Below, one piece after another: positions 49,195 to 62,162 of a DNA stretch of 64,000 nt. Below the pieces are notes generated by a model. The model did not search any database and was not told the origin of the DNA. It saw nothing but the letters and a program-made list of their open reading frames with translations. A program made the position numbers and the translations under genes. The stretch lies in IMG/VR virus record IMGVR_UViG_2974778117_000001, positions 1 through 64,000 of that record; one strand, 5' to 3'. The number at the start of each line of letters is the position of its first letter. Within the stretch, counting starts at the first letter, position 1. This stretch comes from a virus. Its lineage: Duplodnaviria > Caudoviricetes.

Positions 49195-51015
49195 GTGGCA
49201 GCATTGGGGTCGCACATTCCAGTCAATCTGACGACCCCAATCTTCCTGGGTCCCTATTCGCATGTCCCCTCAAACTTGGGGGTGACATCGTTCTGTGATG
49301 GGATGTGGAAAGGTCTTGCGTACAACAAGATCGACTTCAACTTCCAACAGTTCTATCAGAACGCACCGTTCAACGCGGTTGACTTCACCTTCGATTGCCT
49401 CGTGCCCGACATCTGTGAAGATGCTTGGGTTCCTGCTGTATCTGGCGACAAGGTAGATGTAGAGTTCAACAAGGCCTACGTCCCCAATGTCCCCGGCTTC
49501 GCTGTGGATGTGGACTGGGCATGCTCTGGTCCCAAGCCGCCTGTCCTGTTTGATGGCTTCATCACGGCTTATGAGGGTGCAGCAGGCGAGGCTCGCTTGT
49601 GGGAACCCTTCCAGGCTCGGGCTTGGAATGGTGAAGCGGCATCAGCTGACCTCCAGCTATTCGACACACAGATCAAGGTCGGCATCACCTACACGGGTGA
49701 ATGGGCAGGCCTTGATGATCTGTCTGTGGTCTCTGGTCTGGCTCCTCGTGCCTACACAGGTGAAGAGCTACTAGCCACACTCTCGACCAGTACCACATTT
49801 GCTTTTGACAACTACACAGGTGAGTACTCTGTTGGTGATCTGACGATCCCAGCCCGTGCTGATCTGGTTCCGGTTGCCTACCAAGGCGAGTCGGCTGAGG
49901 CTACGGCTTCGGTCACGTTCGCCCTTTCTCCCACGGCTTACACAGGCGAGTGGGCTAGCACCTTTGAGCTGCAGCTCACTGAGTTCATCAACGCATACAC
50001 AGGTGAGTATGCGGAAGCCGCCCTGGCTACCGATGACACATTCTACCTGGACTACTACACAGGCGAATATGCTCTTGCGGACCTAGGCACCAGACCATCT
50101 GAACCACTGGGTACATTCAGGGCTTATGAGGGCAGCAATGCCTACATCGAGCTCAAGATGGCTTATGCCATCTACTTCTACCCAGAGGTGATCAAGGAAG
50201 GCCCATGGGTCAACCTGGATTGGAATGGTCTGAACAGCATTGATCTCACCAAGCGTTCATGCTGCCCAACATACGCTCTTGACTATCAGCGTATCGAACT
50301 GTCTGATGGTGTCCCAGTCGGCACCACATACACAGGCGAGGCTATCTTCTGTAGCGCTAGCCTTGAGGCTCGTCCACGCTTCAGCGCGACAGGCTTTGAA
50401 GGCGCCACAACCTACTTTGTGGACCCGATTGTCTTCACACCAGTAGCAATCAGGACAGGCGAGCGGGTCGAGATCCCAGCCACGCTTGAGACATTCGAGC
50501 TAGACATCAAGCTGTGCCCAGGTAACCTGATCCCTGATGCTGAGTTTGCGAATATCGAACTGATCAGCATCTACGACGAGAACTGCGATGCCCAGTTCGC
50601 CTTCACAGGTGAGACAATGCGGGCTGAGCTGTCAGTCATCGTGGGACAAGAGCCAAGAGCATACGAAGGCGCATGGTCTCAAGCCGATCTGACGGTTGAT
50701 CCTATCATGACGGCTATCGCCTATGAGGGTGCGGTCGGTAGGACAATCAACCCGGATATTCCAACAGGCCCAGCCTATGAAGGCGCCACAGCCTTCTTCA
50801 TGTTCGCGGAACCAGACTGGATCGCATACACAGGCGAGGCGTGCACTCTCACAAACCTGGCTACCGAATACTTTGTGGAGTTCATGGAGAACGGCTGCCT
50901 GACCAATGATTACACCCCGATTGACGAGAACGGCGATCCGATCCCCGAGCTAAATAATCCAGTGCCTGTGGAGATGGATCAGTTCCGCCACTCAATCCTA
51001 GCGAGATGCTTCTAA
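49195..51015 (+). CDS. Acidic virion protein with ~18 (A/T)Y(T/E)GE repeats
   Basis: TAAATA at 49160; repeats counted from the translation. Confidence 0.75.
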   Translation: MAALGSHIPVNLTTPIFLGPYSHVPSNLGVTSFCDGMWKGLAYNKIDFNFQQFYQNAPFNAVDFTFDCLVPDICEDAWVPAVSGDKVDVEFNKAYVPNVPGFAVDVDWACSGPKPPVLFDGFITAYEGAAGEARLWEPFQARAWNGEAASADLQLFDTQIKVGITYTGEWAGLDDLSVVSGLAPRAYTGEELLATLSTSTTFAFDNYTGEYSVGDLTIPARADLVPVAYQGESAEATASVTFALSPTAYTGEWASTFELQLTEFINAYTGEYAEAALATDDTFYLDYYTGEYALADLGTRPSEPLGTFRAYEGSNAYIELKMAYAIYFYPEVIKEGPWVNLDWNGLNSIDLTKRSCCPTYALDYQRIELSDGVPVGTTYTGEAIFCSASLEARPRFSATGFEGATTYFVDPIVFTPVAIRTGERVEIPATLETFELDIKLCPGNLIPDAEFANIELISIYDENCDAQFAFTGETMRAELSVIVGQEPRAYEGAWSQADLTVDPIMTAIAYEGAVGRTINPDIPTGPAYEGATAFFMFAEPDWIAYTGEACTLTNLATEYFVEFMENGCLTNDYTPIDENGDPIPELNNPVPVEMDQFRHSILARCF

Positions 51016-51018
51016 GTC

Positions 51019-52329
51019 ATGGCCACCTGCCTAGAGACAATCAACTCAACCCCCATCCCCAGTATTCCGGTGATCACACCCAATACTCAGATGGGGTTCT
51101 CCATCAACAGCTTCAATAACCAGCTGTTCCTGATGCAGTCAGCCCTGTTCCAGACAGCCAAGTTCACGGTACAGCTGACCACCATCAACCCCAACCTGAC
51201 CATGACATTCTATACCCAGACAGGTGGCAACTGGGTACCGGTGTCAAGTGTAGCAATTAATCAGACCAGCACCACGTTCACAGCCGACTTCCCGGCAGGT
51301 GAATATATTGTGTGCTTGAGGACCACGTCTGCCTTCGCCCAAGCCGGATATTTCGTTGGTGAATTTACAGGCTACAGCCAGGTTGCCGTGCTCCAGCCCC
51401 GAGCATATCAAGGTGAATATTCAGTAGGCACATTCTACGAGAAACCACGCCCACCCCAAGAGTGCAAAGAAGCCCTGTTCTATACGATCACAGAAGGTAG
51501 CATGCCTCCGGGCCTGTTCATGGACAACCTAGGGACAATCACTGGCATCCTACCTAACCTCGACTGCCTACCAGATAGATGGTCTCCCGCCGCCAACTGG
51601 TACTATGACGAGAACGATGGGTACGCATATCCGTGGGGTAGAGAATGGAGATTCAAGGTAAAGGTAGAGGTAGCCAACTATCCGGAATCCAACGCAGAAG
51701 ACTGGTTCTGTATCAAGATCCACAACAACTGGGACTTCGACCTGGAGAACTTTCTGAGACAGGCACCCTTCAAGAAGGTACACCAGGTTAACGTCATCAC
51801 CCAACCACCAGGCCTAGACACATCAGGTATGTGTATTCCATGTAAGGCACCAGAGCAGTCACCGATATATGTACCCCAACCAGTAAGGGATACAGGGTGT
51901 GCAGCATGTTCCGCCCAGTCAGAGGCACAACAGATTGAGCTGATCGAGATCCCGACGGAATTGTGTCAGTGCCCAGTAGAGGAAATTCTGCCTTGGTATC
52001 AAGACAATTTTTCTGAGGTCTTTGAATGTGAAGCGTTGAACGAGTTTGTGGGGGCGCTATCTGATTCGCCAAGCTTTCAGATCCTTAGACGGAAAGCAGG
52101 GTATCTCCCCGATGATCCGCTGACAGATCTAGTGAAGGAGCAGACCTTCATCGCCGTGTCAGCCTACAACAACTTCCTTCAGCTTGCACAAGTGACGATC
52201 AGCCCGCAGTCAGATCCATCCAGTATGACCGCGCTTCTACAACAGTGGAGGGACTACGAGAATCAAGTCCTGCCGACGAATCCACTAGTCTACACAGGGG
52301 AGAGCCTAAGTGTCGAGCTCACAGTCTGA
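51019..52329 (+). CDS. Cys-rich virion structural protein
   Basis: GSMPPGL..GTITG Ig-like motif; TAAATA at 50951. Confidence 0.7.
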   Translation: MATCLETINSTPIPSIPVITPNTQMGFSINSFNNQLFLMQSALFQTAKFTVQLTTINPNLTMTFYTQTGGNWVPVSSVAINQTSTTFTADFPAGEYIVCLRTTSAFAQAGYFVGEFTGYSQVAVLQPRAYQGEYSVGTFYEKPRPPQECKEALFYTITEGSMPPGLFMDNLGTITGILPNLDCLPDRWSPAANWYYDENDGYAYPWGREWRFKVKVEVANYPESNAEDWFCIKIHNNWDFDLENFLRQAPFKKVHQVNVITQPPGLDTSGMCIPCKAPEQSPIYVPQPVRDTGCAACSAQSEAQQIELIEIPTELCQCPVEEILPWYQDNFSEVFECEALNEFVGALSDSPSFQILRRKAGYLPDDPLTDLVKEQTFIAVSAYNNFLQLAQVTISPQSDPSSMTALLQQWRDYENQVLPTNPLVYTGESLSVELTV

Positions 52330-52567
52330 TACAGTCATCCAGGAGCTGGTACCACTGGTAGACCCATGTCTTCCATGCCCAGTGGACCCTGGCATCTTCA
52401 TCCCGGTAGAGCTACCCAGTCAGCTGTGTGAATGTCCTCCAGCGATTGAGCCACCTAGCCTTCTCCCTAACATAGAGAAAGAGACAATCGTGACTGACTG
52501 TCTCTTGGCGGCTCTCCGTGCTATGAGTACCCAGTACTACTGTGAGACTAGGCCTCAGGGGTGTTGA
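52310..52567 (+). CDS. Small Cys/Pro-rich protein
   Basis: ORF track; ELP..LCEC motif resembling the 51019 ORF. Confidence 0.55.
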   Translation: MSSSQSDTVIQELVPLVDPCLPCPVDPGIFIPVELPSQLCECPPAIEPPSLLPNIEKETIVTDCLLAALRAMSTQYYCETRPQGC

Positions 52568-55500
52568 TCAGTCTTCCTGATCTTCCTCCTCGTCCTCGTC
52601 TTCATCCTCTTCCGGATCGGGTGTGGTCTGGATGCAGCCGTTGGCTTTCCACCGTTCCAGTTCCTGAATGGATCGCTTGATCTGGGCAGCGGCTTCTCGG
52701 GCGGCTTGACCGGAGGCTTCACGTGCCTTGGCTTCAGCTTCCAGGCGGGCTTCCTCTTCAGCGAAGATATCGTTCAGGTCCATCATCTACTCCTTGTTTG
52801 TGTCCCTGTATTATATAGGGACTGATGGGTCAGGTCAAGGGGTGTTAGGCCCTGGGGATGATCTGACCGAAGTGGAAGTAGCCGTCGCGCATCTTGTTCA
52901 TCTCCCAGATGACGAGATCGTCTGCGATGGATTGCATTGCGTCTAGGCTGTATGCCTTGTGGACTACCATGTGTTCGGTCAGTGAGTCCAGACGCTCGTT
53001 CTTCAGGGCGTCCAGGTTCTCGTCTGGTGGGTAGCGCAGTAGAAGCTCATTACGGACCTCCCACTACGGTTTCTTCATCCAGTTCTTTCTGGACTGCGTG
53101 CCAGAGGCTATCCTCTACCAGGTAGATCTTGAAGTCCGACACGTCATCCGGGACGACTTCCTCTGAGGCCTTGACCAGCGCATACAGGTTGGAAGAGAGC
53201 AGGCTGAGTTCTTCGATGGTGATGTACAAGTGCATCATGGTCTGTGGTCTCCTTAACTTACACCTATTGTATAGGGTACAGGTGTGGAGTGCAAGGGTTT
53301 TCTTCAATTCATTTCAGTCACCTTTGTAGCGTAGTCCGGCTGAACCAGCGCCCACATGTACTTGGAGTAGGAGACCTCACGCCAGGGGCTCCAGCCTTCT
53401 TCTACCTTCATGCTGATCCAGTACACGGTTCTCATGGCTGCTTCTTCCATTCACCCTTGTTCAGCAGGGTCTGGATCATCTGCCGCATCACCATGGTCGG
53501 ATTCAGCATCAGCATGGCGTACAGGACCTTCCGGACTACGGACACGTACCGCTGTTGACGGGCGTACTTAGCCTCCAGCTTCTTATGGACGGATGCCAGC
53601 TTGAGGTAGTCCTCAGCCTTGACATAGCGTCCGTCCACGATCCACTTGGTGTCCTTCACGGTGTCGAGCCTACCATGCCAGCGCATGTCGACATACTCGT
53701 CACCCCAGCTATCGGTGCCCATGTAGGGGCCATAGATCTTCGGGTTCGTGTTCATTCGTGCTCCGGGTACTCGTCCAGGGAATCCAGCAGCATGTTGATT
53801 GCGATCCAGTCCCCAGGTTGCACCTGATAGACCATCCACAGCCCGCATCCGCTCTCTACCGGAGTCTGATTCTCCAGGGCGGCGTACAGTTCCGGGTCAT
53901 GTTCCTTGACCAGCTTGACTTCGGTTTCGGTGAGCGACAGCTGCATGTTACACCTCGCGGATCAGTCGGGACTTGCCAAGACGGGCTGCGTGGAGCTTCC
54001 CGTCCTTCGTATAGTAGGGAACAACCACCACACCCTGATCACGGTCAGCGCCTTCCGTATGAACGAAGGAATCGAAGTCCGGCTGATCACTGCGCTCCTG
54101 AGCCCACTTCTCCTGGAATGGGGTGAGGTTCAGATTCTTGATGGTTGCGATCTTCATGATGCGATCTCCTTACAGGACCAGGATGCTGTTGTGGTCATAG
54201 CTGCCGAGCGCGTCCAGGAGGACTTCGATCACCTCCGAAGCGTAGCCGGCGTAGTAGAGACCGTCGATCATGATGTCCAGATCCAGGTCATCCAGCTCGA
54301 TCTCCAGTCCGTTCTGGACCAGGGTGTTCTCCAGGTCTGCAGCGGACAGGTTGAAGGCCTTGACGAGGGTGTCGGCTTGGGCCTGGTCTTTGGCGATGAT
54401 CTTCATCTGGAATCTCCTGGGTTGGGTTCGTCTTACCTTACACCTATAGTATAGGACATAGGGTCAGATGTCAAGAGATTTCTTCAACTGATTTCGAGGC
54501 GAGACGAATCCATCAGGGTCCGGTTCACCATCAGCTTAAGCGGCGGGTCCAGGAAGGTCCATTCCATCACATCGAGCGCCTTGTGGACCACGGTGTGCTC
54601 CAGCTTGCCGAGTTCCAGGAGAAGCTCCGGCATACGGCTACCGATGGAGCACAGCTGCGAGCGGGTCATCTTGATCTTGTTCATGTCAGTTCTCAGTGGG
54701 ACCGCACCATCTGTGAAGACGACTCACCACAGTATGCGTCTCCACGGAATATCGGTTGCCGACATGCGAGATGTACTGCGCCTTGAAGTCCTCGTTCAGC
54801 TCGTCGCATACGGACTTCGCGTGCTTCTTGTCGGCGTAGACTCCGATCACCTGGTCGCCCAGGTCGATATGTTCTACTATCACATGTACGTCCATCAGTT
54901 CGTCTCCTTCATTTCAGCATATAGTGGATGGCGGTCATCATGATGTAGTTCCTTCAGTCCAGGATGTAATGCGGGTAGGCTTCTTCGGCGATGCCTTCAA
55001 ACCCACGGGAGGTCGGGCAGTGGCGTACGGCAAGCAGGGTTCCACCGTTCCGGGCAATGAAGCCAGAACGTTCTTCATCCGAGGCGAACCGGAATGAACC
55101 GACCGTGTGCCGACCCTTGAACTTGCAAGGCTGGATCGACTTGTAGAGCGCCACATAAGGCTTCGCGGCGTGATACTTCTCCTGAGTGCCGTACCCGAAC
55201 CACGCTGTCGTCTTCTTCATGTTTGCCGTCTCCTTAACGTACACCTATTCTAAAGGAAGACTCTCCTGGATGCAAGTGTTTTCTAACAGATCTTTCACCT
55301 CATTTCGCAAGATGAAGTCACCCAGGCTGTCCTCCACGATGGTGTCAATGGACTCATCATAGAAGGTCAGGGTGCCCATGTCAAACCGGGTCAGCTTCTC
55401 GATCTCAGCCGCGATGCTCTCATGGGCACCTTGCCATCCAGCCCACGCGGCTTGCGTTCCGAGATTCTCATACTCGCCTCCCCGCTTATGGAGGAAGAAT

Positions 55501-58192
55501 CGCCCCTCCGCCCACTTCTCAAACCGCGTTTGTAAGGAAGTCATGTCCCACCTGCACGTAGACGGTTGCCTTGGTCTCGACCCTCCAGCAGGTGCCGTCA
55601 CGGTTGAAGCTTGCATTCATGACTGGACCCACATGGAAGAACTCACTCATATCTGCGTTGCCGATCTTGGCCTGCACGTACTCGCCTCGTCCGCCGATCA
55701 GCCACGCCTCTCATATCGCACAATTGGCTTGATCACAGCTTACCCTCCAGTTGATCCAGTGCCGCACAGACGCTTGCGTGGACCTGATACTCCACACTGA
55801 AGACGGAGGTGTCGTCATTCTGTACACCATCATAGCACGGATCCAGCATTGCCATGATCACCGGGGCGTGCATGATCAGGGCCTCCAGCTCTGCCTCCGA
55901 CAGGAGCAAGGTCGTCAGGCGCTTCTTCGGTTTGGCTCGGGACGCCAGGATCTCGGTCTGTAGGGCGGAATGCGACAGCAATGTGGTCAACGCCCAGTCA
56001 TACAGGCTCCGGTCTACCATGAAGATGTTGACCTGACCATCCAGATGCTCGGCACCGCGGAACGACAGGAAGTTGTTCTCCTTGTTCTGGTTCAGGTATC
56101 CGGTCAGTTCCTTGTTGGTCTTCTGTAGCACTTCCCGCTCGACGGCGGTCAGAATCAGCATACGCTTCATGATATATCTCCTAGAATGTGTTTCGGATCT
56201 TGGACTGGAACCACTGCCGGATGTTGGCTTCTTCCGGATACTGTATCTTTCTGATCTTCAGTGGAGGAAGAGCTGGCATGGGCTGCACCTGAGGAAGCCT
56301 TGGCGCGACCAACGAGGGTATGAACCCTGGAGGAACCGGTGGCAGCAGTAGCGGAACTCTGAACATGTCTACCTCGCGGTGATCATGGCTACCAGCATGG
56401 ACAGCATCGCCGGTATGGACAACGGCAAGCAGTTCAGCGCTATCCCGACCACGATCAAGGCCAAACTCAGTCCCATACAGAAGGTGCTCACTGGACCAAT
56501 GTCCTTGAAGAACTGCTTCAGCGTATACCGGTGCTTAGAGCTCACGGGCAATCACCTTTCGGGCTTCCTGACGGTCGGCGCGGCGGATGCAAATGCCCAC
56601 TCGCTTGTACCGTTTGAACCCGTGATAGTGCCGGACGTCCTCCTCTCGGACTCGCTGACGGGCACGCTCGCTATTGCACATACGCATGACGCTCTCCTAG
56701 GTCTTGTAGAAGGTGAATGCAAAACTGAAATACGGCTCGACACCCCTGATCCCTACGCAGTAGCAACCGCTGATGGTCCGGACGTCGCTGTCGTTCTCGA
56801 AGAGCCTTGTCAGTGCATCATAGGCATCGCTCCAGGACTGACTCAGCGGACCGACGTTCATATCCACAATGATGTGCCCGTGTTCCAGCTTGACCGTCGC
56901 ATCCGGATACTGTGCCTTGATGTACTTCGCAATCGCTTCGGTTGACCGCATGCTACAACTCCTCTGGATGAACCCTTATTGTATACGCTATGCGGTCTTG
57001 GGTCAAACCTTGTTATGGTCAGGTTCACCTCGACCAGGTCTTCGACTTGCGTCCGGAGCTTGCAAGCGTGATACCAGGTGGTATGGAGGAGCCAGCCACC
57101 GCTGATGGCTTCCATCTGGGTGTTGATGATCTCTGCATACAGGTTGCTGTCGGCATGATAGATCGCGCCGAGGATCTGCGACGGGACGAACATCGTGGCC
57201 CGCTGGAAAGATTCCTCGATATGGAGACCGGCACGGATCTCGTTGAAGTCTCCCTCGTCCAGGATCTCTTTCAGGGGCTTGTCCTGATTCTTCACATCCA
57301 GGAGCTTACGCAGTGTCTTCTCAAGACTCATCTTCTTGTTCCTCCTTCTCTTCCTGTTCCAGGGCTTCCAGGGTTCGCTGCATACGGAGACGGGCGTACC
57401 AGTCCTCCGGAGCGAAGCAGTTCAGGATCGATTCTTTCATACCATTCAAGATCGACTCTTTCATACCAGACCCGCCATTTCAAGCTTCAAGAGCTTGTCA
57501 GAGATGATCCGGAAGAACTCTTTGTCCACATTGAACCTACAGAAGGACTCGTATCTTGTATGCGGACGGGACTGGAGGCGCTCCCATAGGATATGTTCAT
57601 GCCGACGGAGAGCTGCCATGTCGCGGTCGCTGATATGCATGTCGACCATCTGCGACTCGACGTAGTGGTTCAGCTCGTTGTGCGCTACCTGCAGCTCGAT
57701 CTTGAGAGCATAGTAGTCGGTCCGGAGGGTCAGCAGTTCTTCCATGGAAGCCACGTCACACAGACGCGCTCCAAAGTTCATGGGATCGGTCAGGCGGTTC
57801 AGCAGCTTGTCGACCAGTTCGCTCATTTCGCATCCTCCACTCGGGTCCAGATGTCACCGTCAATGTCCCAGGTCTGTTCTCCGATCTCCAACCTGGAGAG
57901 CTTGCGCATGCCGTCCATGTATTCTTCGGAGTCATCCGCATCCCAGCCGGCATCCAGTGCTCCAGCCAGGGAATGGTGTACCGCTCGATCGTCCAGGTGA
58001 GTGATACCCACGGTCACCTTGAAACGCTTCTTCTGGTCCTGGTACTTGAACGGACGGCACTCGACTTCTTCGGTGAGCAGTCGGTTCGCGGCTTCGATTG
58101 CCAGATACATCCGGTCTCGCAGACCTGGATTCTGATCGAAGTCCAGATTACAGACGCCTCGTGGAGGGTGTCGTAGACTACTTGACGGTCGC

Positions 58193-58405
58193 TCATTCGG
58201 CATCCTCCACGCGGACCCACTCGTCGCCATCCTCGTCAATCAGCGTCTCGCCGATCTCCATGGACGTGAACAGATCCACAATCTCGCGGTGGGTGTAGTC
58301 GCCATATTCCACGCTCAAGCCGAAAGCGATATCCACAGCGTCTTCCAGGTCATACAGCAGGAAGGCTTGCGGATTGGACATCTTGAAGCGCATCTTGTCT
58401 GTCAT
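58193..58405 (-). CDS. DxDGDxWxR family protein
   Basis: C-terminus MEIGETLIDEDGDEWVRVEDAE. Confidence 0.7.
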   Translation of the reverse strand: MTDKMRFKMSNPQAFLLYDLEDAVDIAFGLSVEYGDYTHREIVDLFTSMEIGETLIDEDGDEWVRVEDAE

Positions 58406-61400
58406 CACGATTCTCCAGGTTGGGTTCTTCTTGCGGTACGGGTATTATACCATAGGCAAGGGAGATTCACAAGGGTTTCTTACAATCAATTACACTCGAC
58501 CGTGCGCCAGTTCTTCAGGCGATCTACCAGCGCTTTGTACTTCGAGGCGTCGAGCGGACCAACCTTCTGGAACCTGGTATAGCTCCCGTCAACCGTGTGG
58601 GCGTATTGCTGATACATATGCGTCAGCAGGGTGCGACCCTCGTTCGATGTTAAGAGCTTACTCACGACGCCATGCGGGGCTACGATGTCTTCCAGTTTGA
58701 CCTGCGGCATGTCAGCCATCGCGTCCACCATGCGAGCATACAGAGGTGGAGCAATGTCCTTGAACTGCATGCAGTGCTCGTGATAGATGCGGTCGGTGTG
58801 AAGGTTCAGCAACTCGTTCATGAGGAGAGCGCGAGTGGACATCAGCTGTGCCACTGCCTCGTGCGAGATCATGAGATCACGGTACGTCATGCGTCAGCAT
58901 CCGGCAGGCGACCATCGTCAATCATGGTCTGGATAGCGGACATCACCGTGTTCCAGTTCTCGGCGGTCTTGCAGTTCCACAATTCCCACGCACCAGCTTA
59001 TCCACATAGGGCGCGAGGTAGCCACCTTCCAGAATCTTCCACACGTCCGGGAAGTGCACCTTGATTGAGGATACCTCAAGCGGGGTCAAGAAGATCCGGT
59101 GACAGGTCTCGGCAGTCATCGGCGGCGGCGTGGTCGGGTCCGGCACTTTCTCGGAAAGCAGTTCCGCGATCTGTGTCTGCAGCTGGGTGATCTTCTCCTC
59201 TCGGTCGCAGATCACCTTCTCCACCTGACTCGACAGATCAAGATACTGATCCACATACTTGTCACGGTAGATGCCGTACATATCCCAGCCATCGTCAGAT
59301 CGCAGGAACTTGATTGCGTCGTCCGACGCTTCATCAACCCGATTGATCAGGGTCTGGAGTTCTTGGCTCAGGTCAATAGCTTGCATCTGCATCCTCCCAT
59401 CCCAGGTGGACCATGACACGGTAGTGCAGGTCGCCGGTCACCTTGTAGACGAACCACTCCCGATCCGTGAATTCATCTCGCTCGCTGTGATCGAAGCACG
59501 ACCGGACCTCATCACACAGCGCGGTGTTCTCCAGCGCCAGCGTATGCAGGTCGTGCTCGGTCAGCCACATCAGCATTTCGTAGTTGCGTTCGGTCATGTT
59601 CTACTCCACTCTTGTCCAAAGATCGCCGTCCAGATCTCGATAGGTCTGCCCGACTTCAAGACGCATCAACCGGACCAGTTCATAGTCGCGAACGTAGTCG
59701 GGGACATGGTGCTGGGGAATCGAGTAGATGTTGCCTCGCTCACCCAGTCGGTCGTAGGTGTTCAACTCATACGTCATCACTCCCCCTTCTCCGTAGCCGT
59801 GTTCCTCGCCGTACTTCTCGAGGTCGTTGATGGTGCGCTTCAGCTTCTGGTAGAACTTCTTGCTATCCGTGCATCCGCTGAGCTTCCAGTTATCGTGGTT
59901 CTGATCCAGGGAGTTGCTCAGCTCCCCGTAGGTAAACTGGAACTCCTTCTCGTTCATCATGAACTCACGCTGGTCGCGGTCAAGCTTATGCTCGAAGCTG
60001 AGCAGGTCATCCTCGGTCACACCGTAGGATTCCTGGAGGTCCGGCTCGTCAATGGCGATGGCGACCTTGTATTGGAGTTCGTCCAGCGATTCCTGTGAGA
60101 TCTTGAACATTGTGTTTCTCCCTTGGCTTGACCTTATTATACGATGTCTGAACCAAGAATACAAGGCCTGATTGTCACCTCTTTTGGGTGATGGGAGCTC
60201 GCCAGCAAAATACCCACGACGAACATCAGGATGCTCGTTCCGATCAGTGCGCTCACGGCGAGTCTCGCATGTCTACGATCTTCCCGTCAATCAGACAGTA
60301 GGGATAGTTACCCTTGCCAGACATCGGCTCGCCGCCCTGGGCGTAGCAAGACTGATGCCAGTGATGGATCTTCTGCTGATCTCTGGTACAACCGTAGATA
60401 CACAAAACCGTCATGACGATCATGATGAAACCGCCGATTTGAACTCACTTGGCATTGCGCTTTCTCCTCTTGATCGGGGCTTTCCATAGTTCCACGTAGC
60501 GGGAACCGCAGTTGTGATAGCCTTGAATGTAGGCTTGCACGTCGCGCAGAGCCTGTTGATATCCGCCGTTCCATCCTTCGGTGGACAGCCCGCGAGCGTA
60601 CATGTTGCCTTCTTGACCCTTCAACAGACCAGCCATCGCGGCTTGCACACCCTCGTGCACGTCTTCGATCTTTCTTGTCAGTCGAACGCTCATGTCAGTT
60701 GTACCAGTCGGTGATGTAGTCGATCATGCAGCGAGCTTTATCGTTGTCAGCCGCATGCAGCTCGTCCAGGAACAGTTGATCCTGCTTCATCTTTCCGAGG
60801 TTCATGTAGTTGAAGAACGCTTGACCGGCGCGCTGCCCGCGCATGCTCTCGTTGAACGCCAGCTCCTTGTAGAACAGGTTCACGCGGCTCAGCGGGATTC
60901 GGAAGGAAGCAGTGTTCACTTCAGCCACTCCACGATAGCGCGGATGCCGGAGAACTGACCAGCTTCCCAGGAAAGAACGCGTACACCCTTCTGGCGGGCG
61001 CGTATTCCAGAGTGCGCTGCACAGCCTTCTCGTCCAGACGACGATAGCGGTAGTAGGCTTCGCCGGAGTAGAACATATCGACGTCGTCCTTGCGGTCCTG
61101 GACCAGCTGACCGTCCTTCGTCTCCATACGGATTCGGAATTCACTCATGACAATCTCCTAAGTGCCCCGGACTCTCATCCGGGGCGGTTGGATTACTCAG
61201 CTTCCATGATCACAGTTTCGGCGTCTTCGAGCTGGTCGATGGACAACCGTACACTGCGTGCGGCTTCCTTCGCCCACGGCTTGTTGGAATACCGCTGCAG
61301 TTCCACCAGCAGCTCTGCCAGCGCATCGCCTGCAGAGTTCACGAGGTCCAGGATCTCTTCATTGGTCTTCATAATCTACTCTCTGTTGGGGAATGTGGTC

Positions 61401-61965
61401 TTCCCGACCACACAGATATTGTATGATGAAGAGATCCTAGATGCAAGTACTTTCTTCAGATTTTTCTGATCTGAATGAAGAACTCTTGCTCGTCCCTGTC
61501 TGCGACAGTCGTGTTGAGCAGCTCCACGATCTTCTCTGCGTCTTCCTTGTTGCGAGTCTCCGTGATCGAAATGGTGTCATCCGTAGACTTGCTGTAGCAG
61601 CGAATCTCGAACACATGCGAGTTCATATCGGCGGCGACCTTGCCAGCCAGAAGGTGAATACGACGTGCCAGATCGTCTGAACCAGCCGGATAGTTCAACA
61701 GCCACTTGGTTGCCAGATGGCTGATGACTTCCAGTTCGTCAAATCGTAGATGTAATTCATGAAATCCTCTTGATCCAGCGCTTGCTGTAGTTGGGTGTCA
61801 GTTCGTTGTGGAGATTCGGCAACCATTTGCCCTTCTCGAGCTTCAGGACTTCCGTGATCTGGTATTCCAGGATCAGCTTGGAGAGATCACTCTCCTTGAT
61901 GACGTCACCGGTCATACCGAAGATCGTCATTTCCTGGAAGGTCTTCTCGTATCGTTGAGCTGGGT

Positions 61966-62162
61966 TCATGCGATACGCCTCCACCAGTCACCGTCACCAT
62001 CAGTGAACGTGCCGCCGATGATAAGCTGGTCGGCGATGTTCCACTCATGCGGTGATGTCATCGTTTTCAGCTCGGCGAGCGTGAAGCGCTGCACATCGTA
62101 CACGCCAGTGTGCAGCTCGAAGATCTTACGCCTGCCGGCTTATACGGCTCGGCTCTCGGCAT
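61966..62162 (-). CDS. DxDGDxWxR family protein missing from the ORF track (indel near 62131)
   Basis: Manual translation ends LIIGGTFTDGDGDWWRRIA*. Confidence 0.6.
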
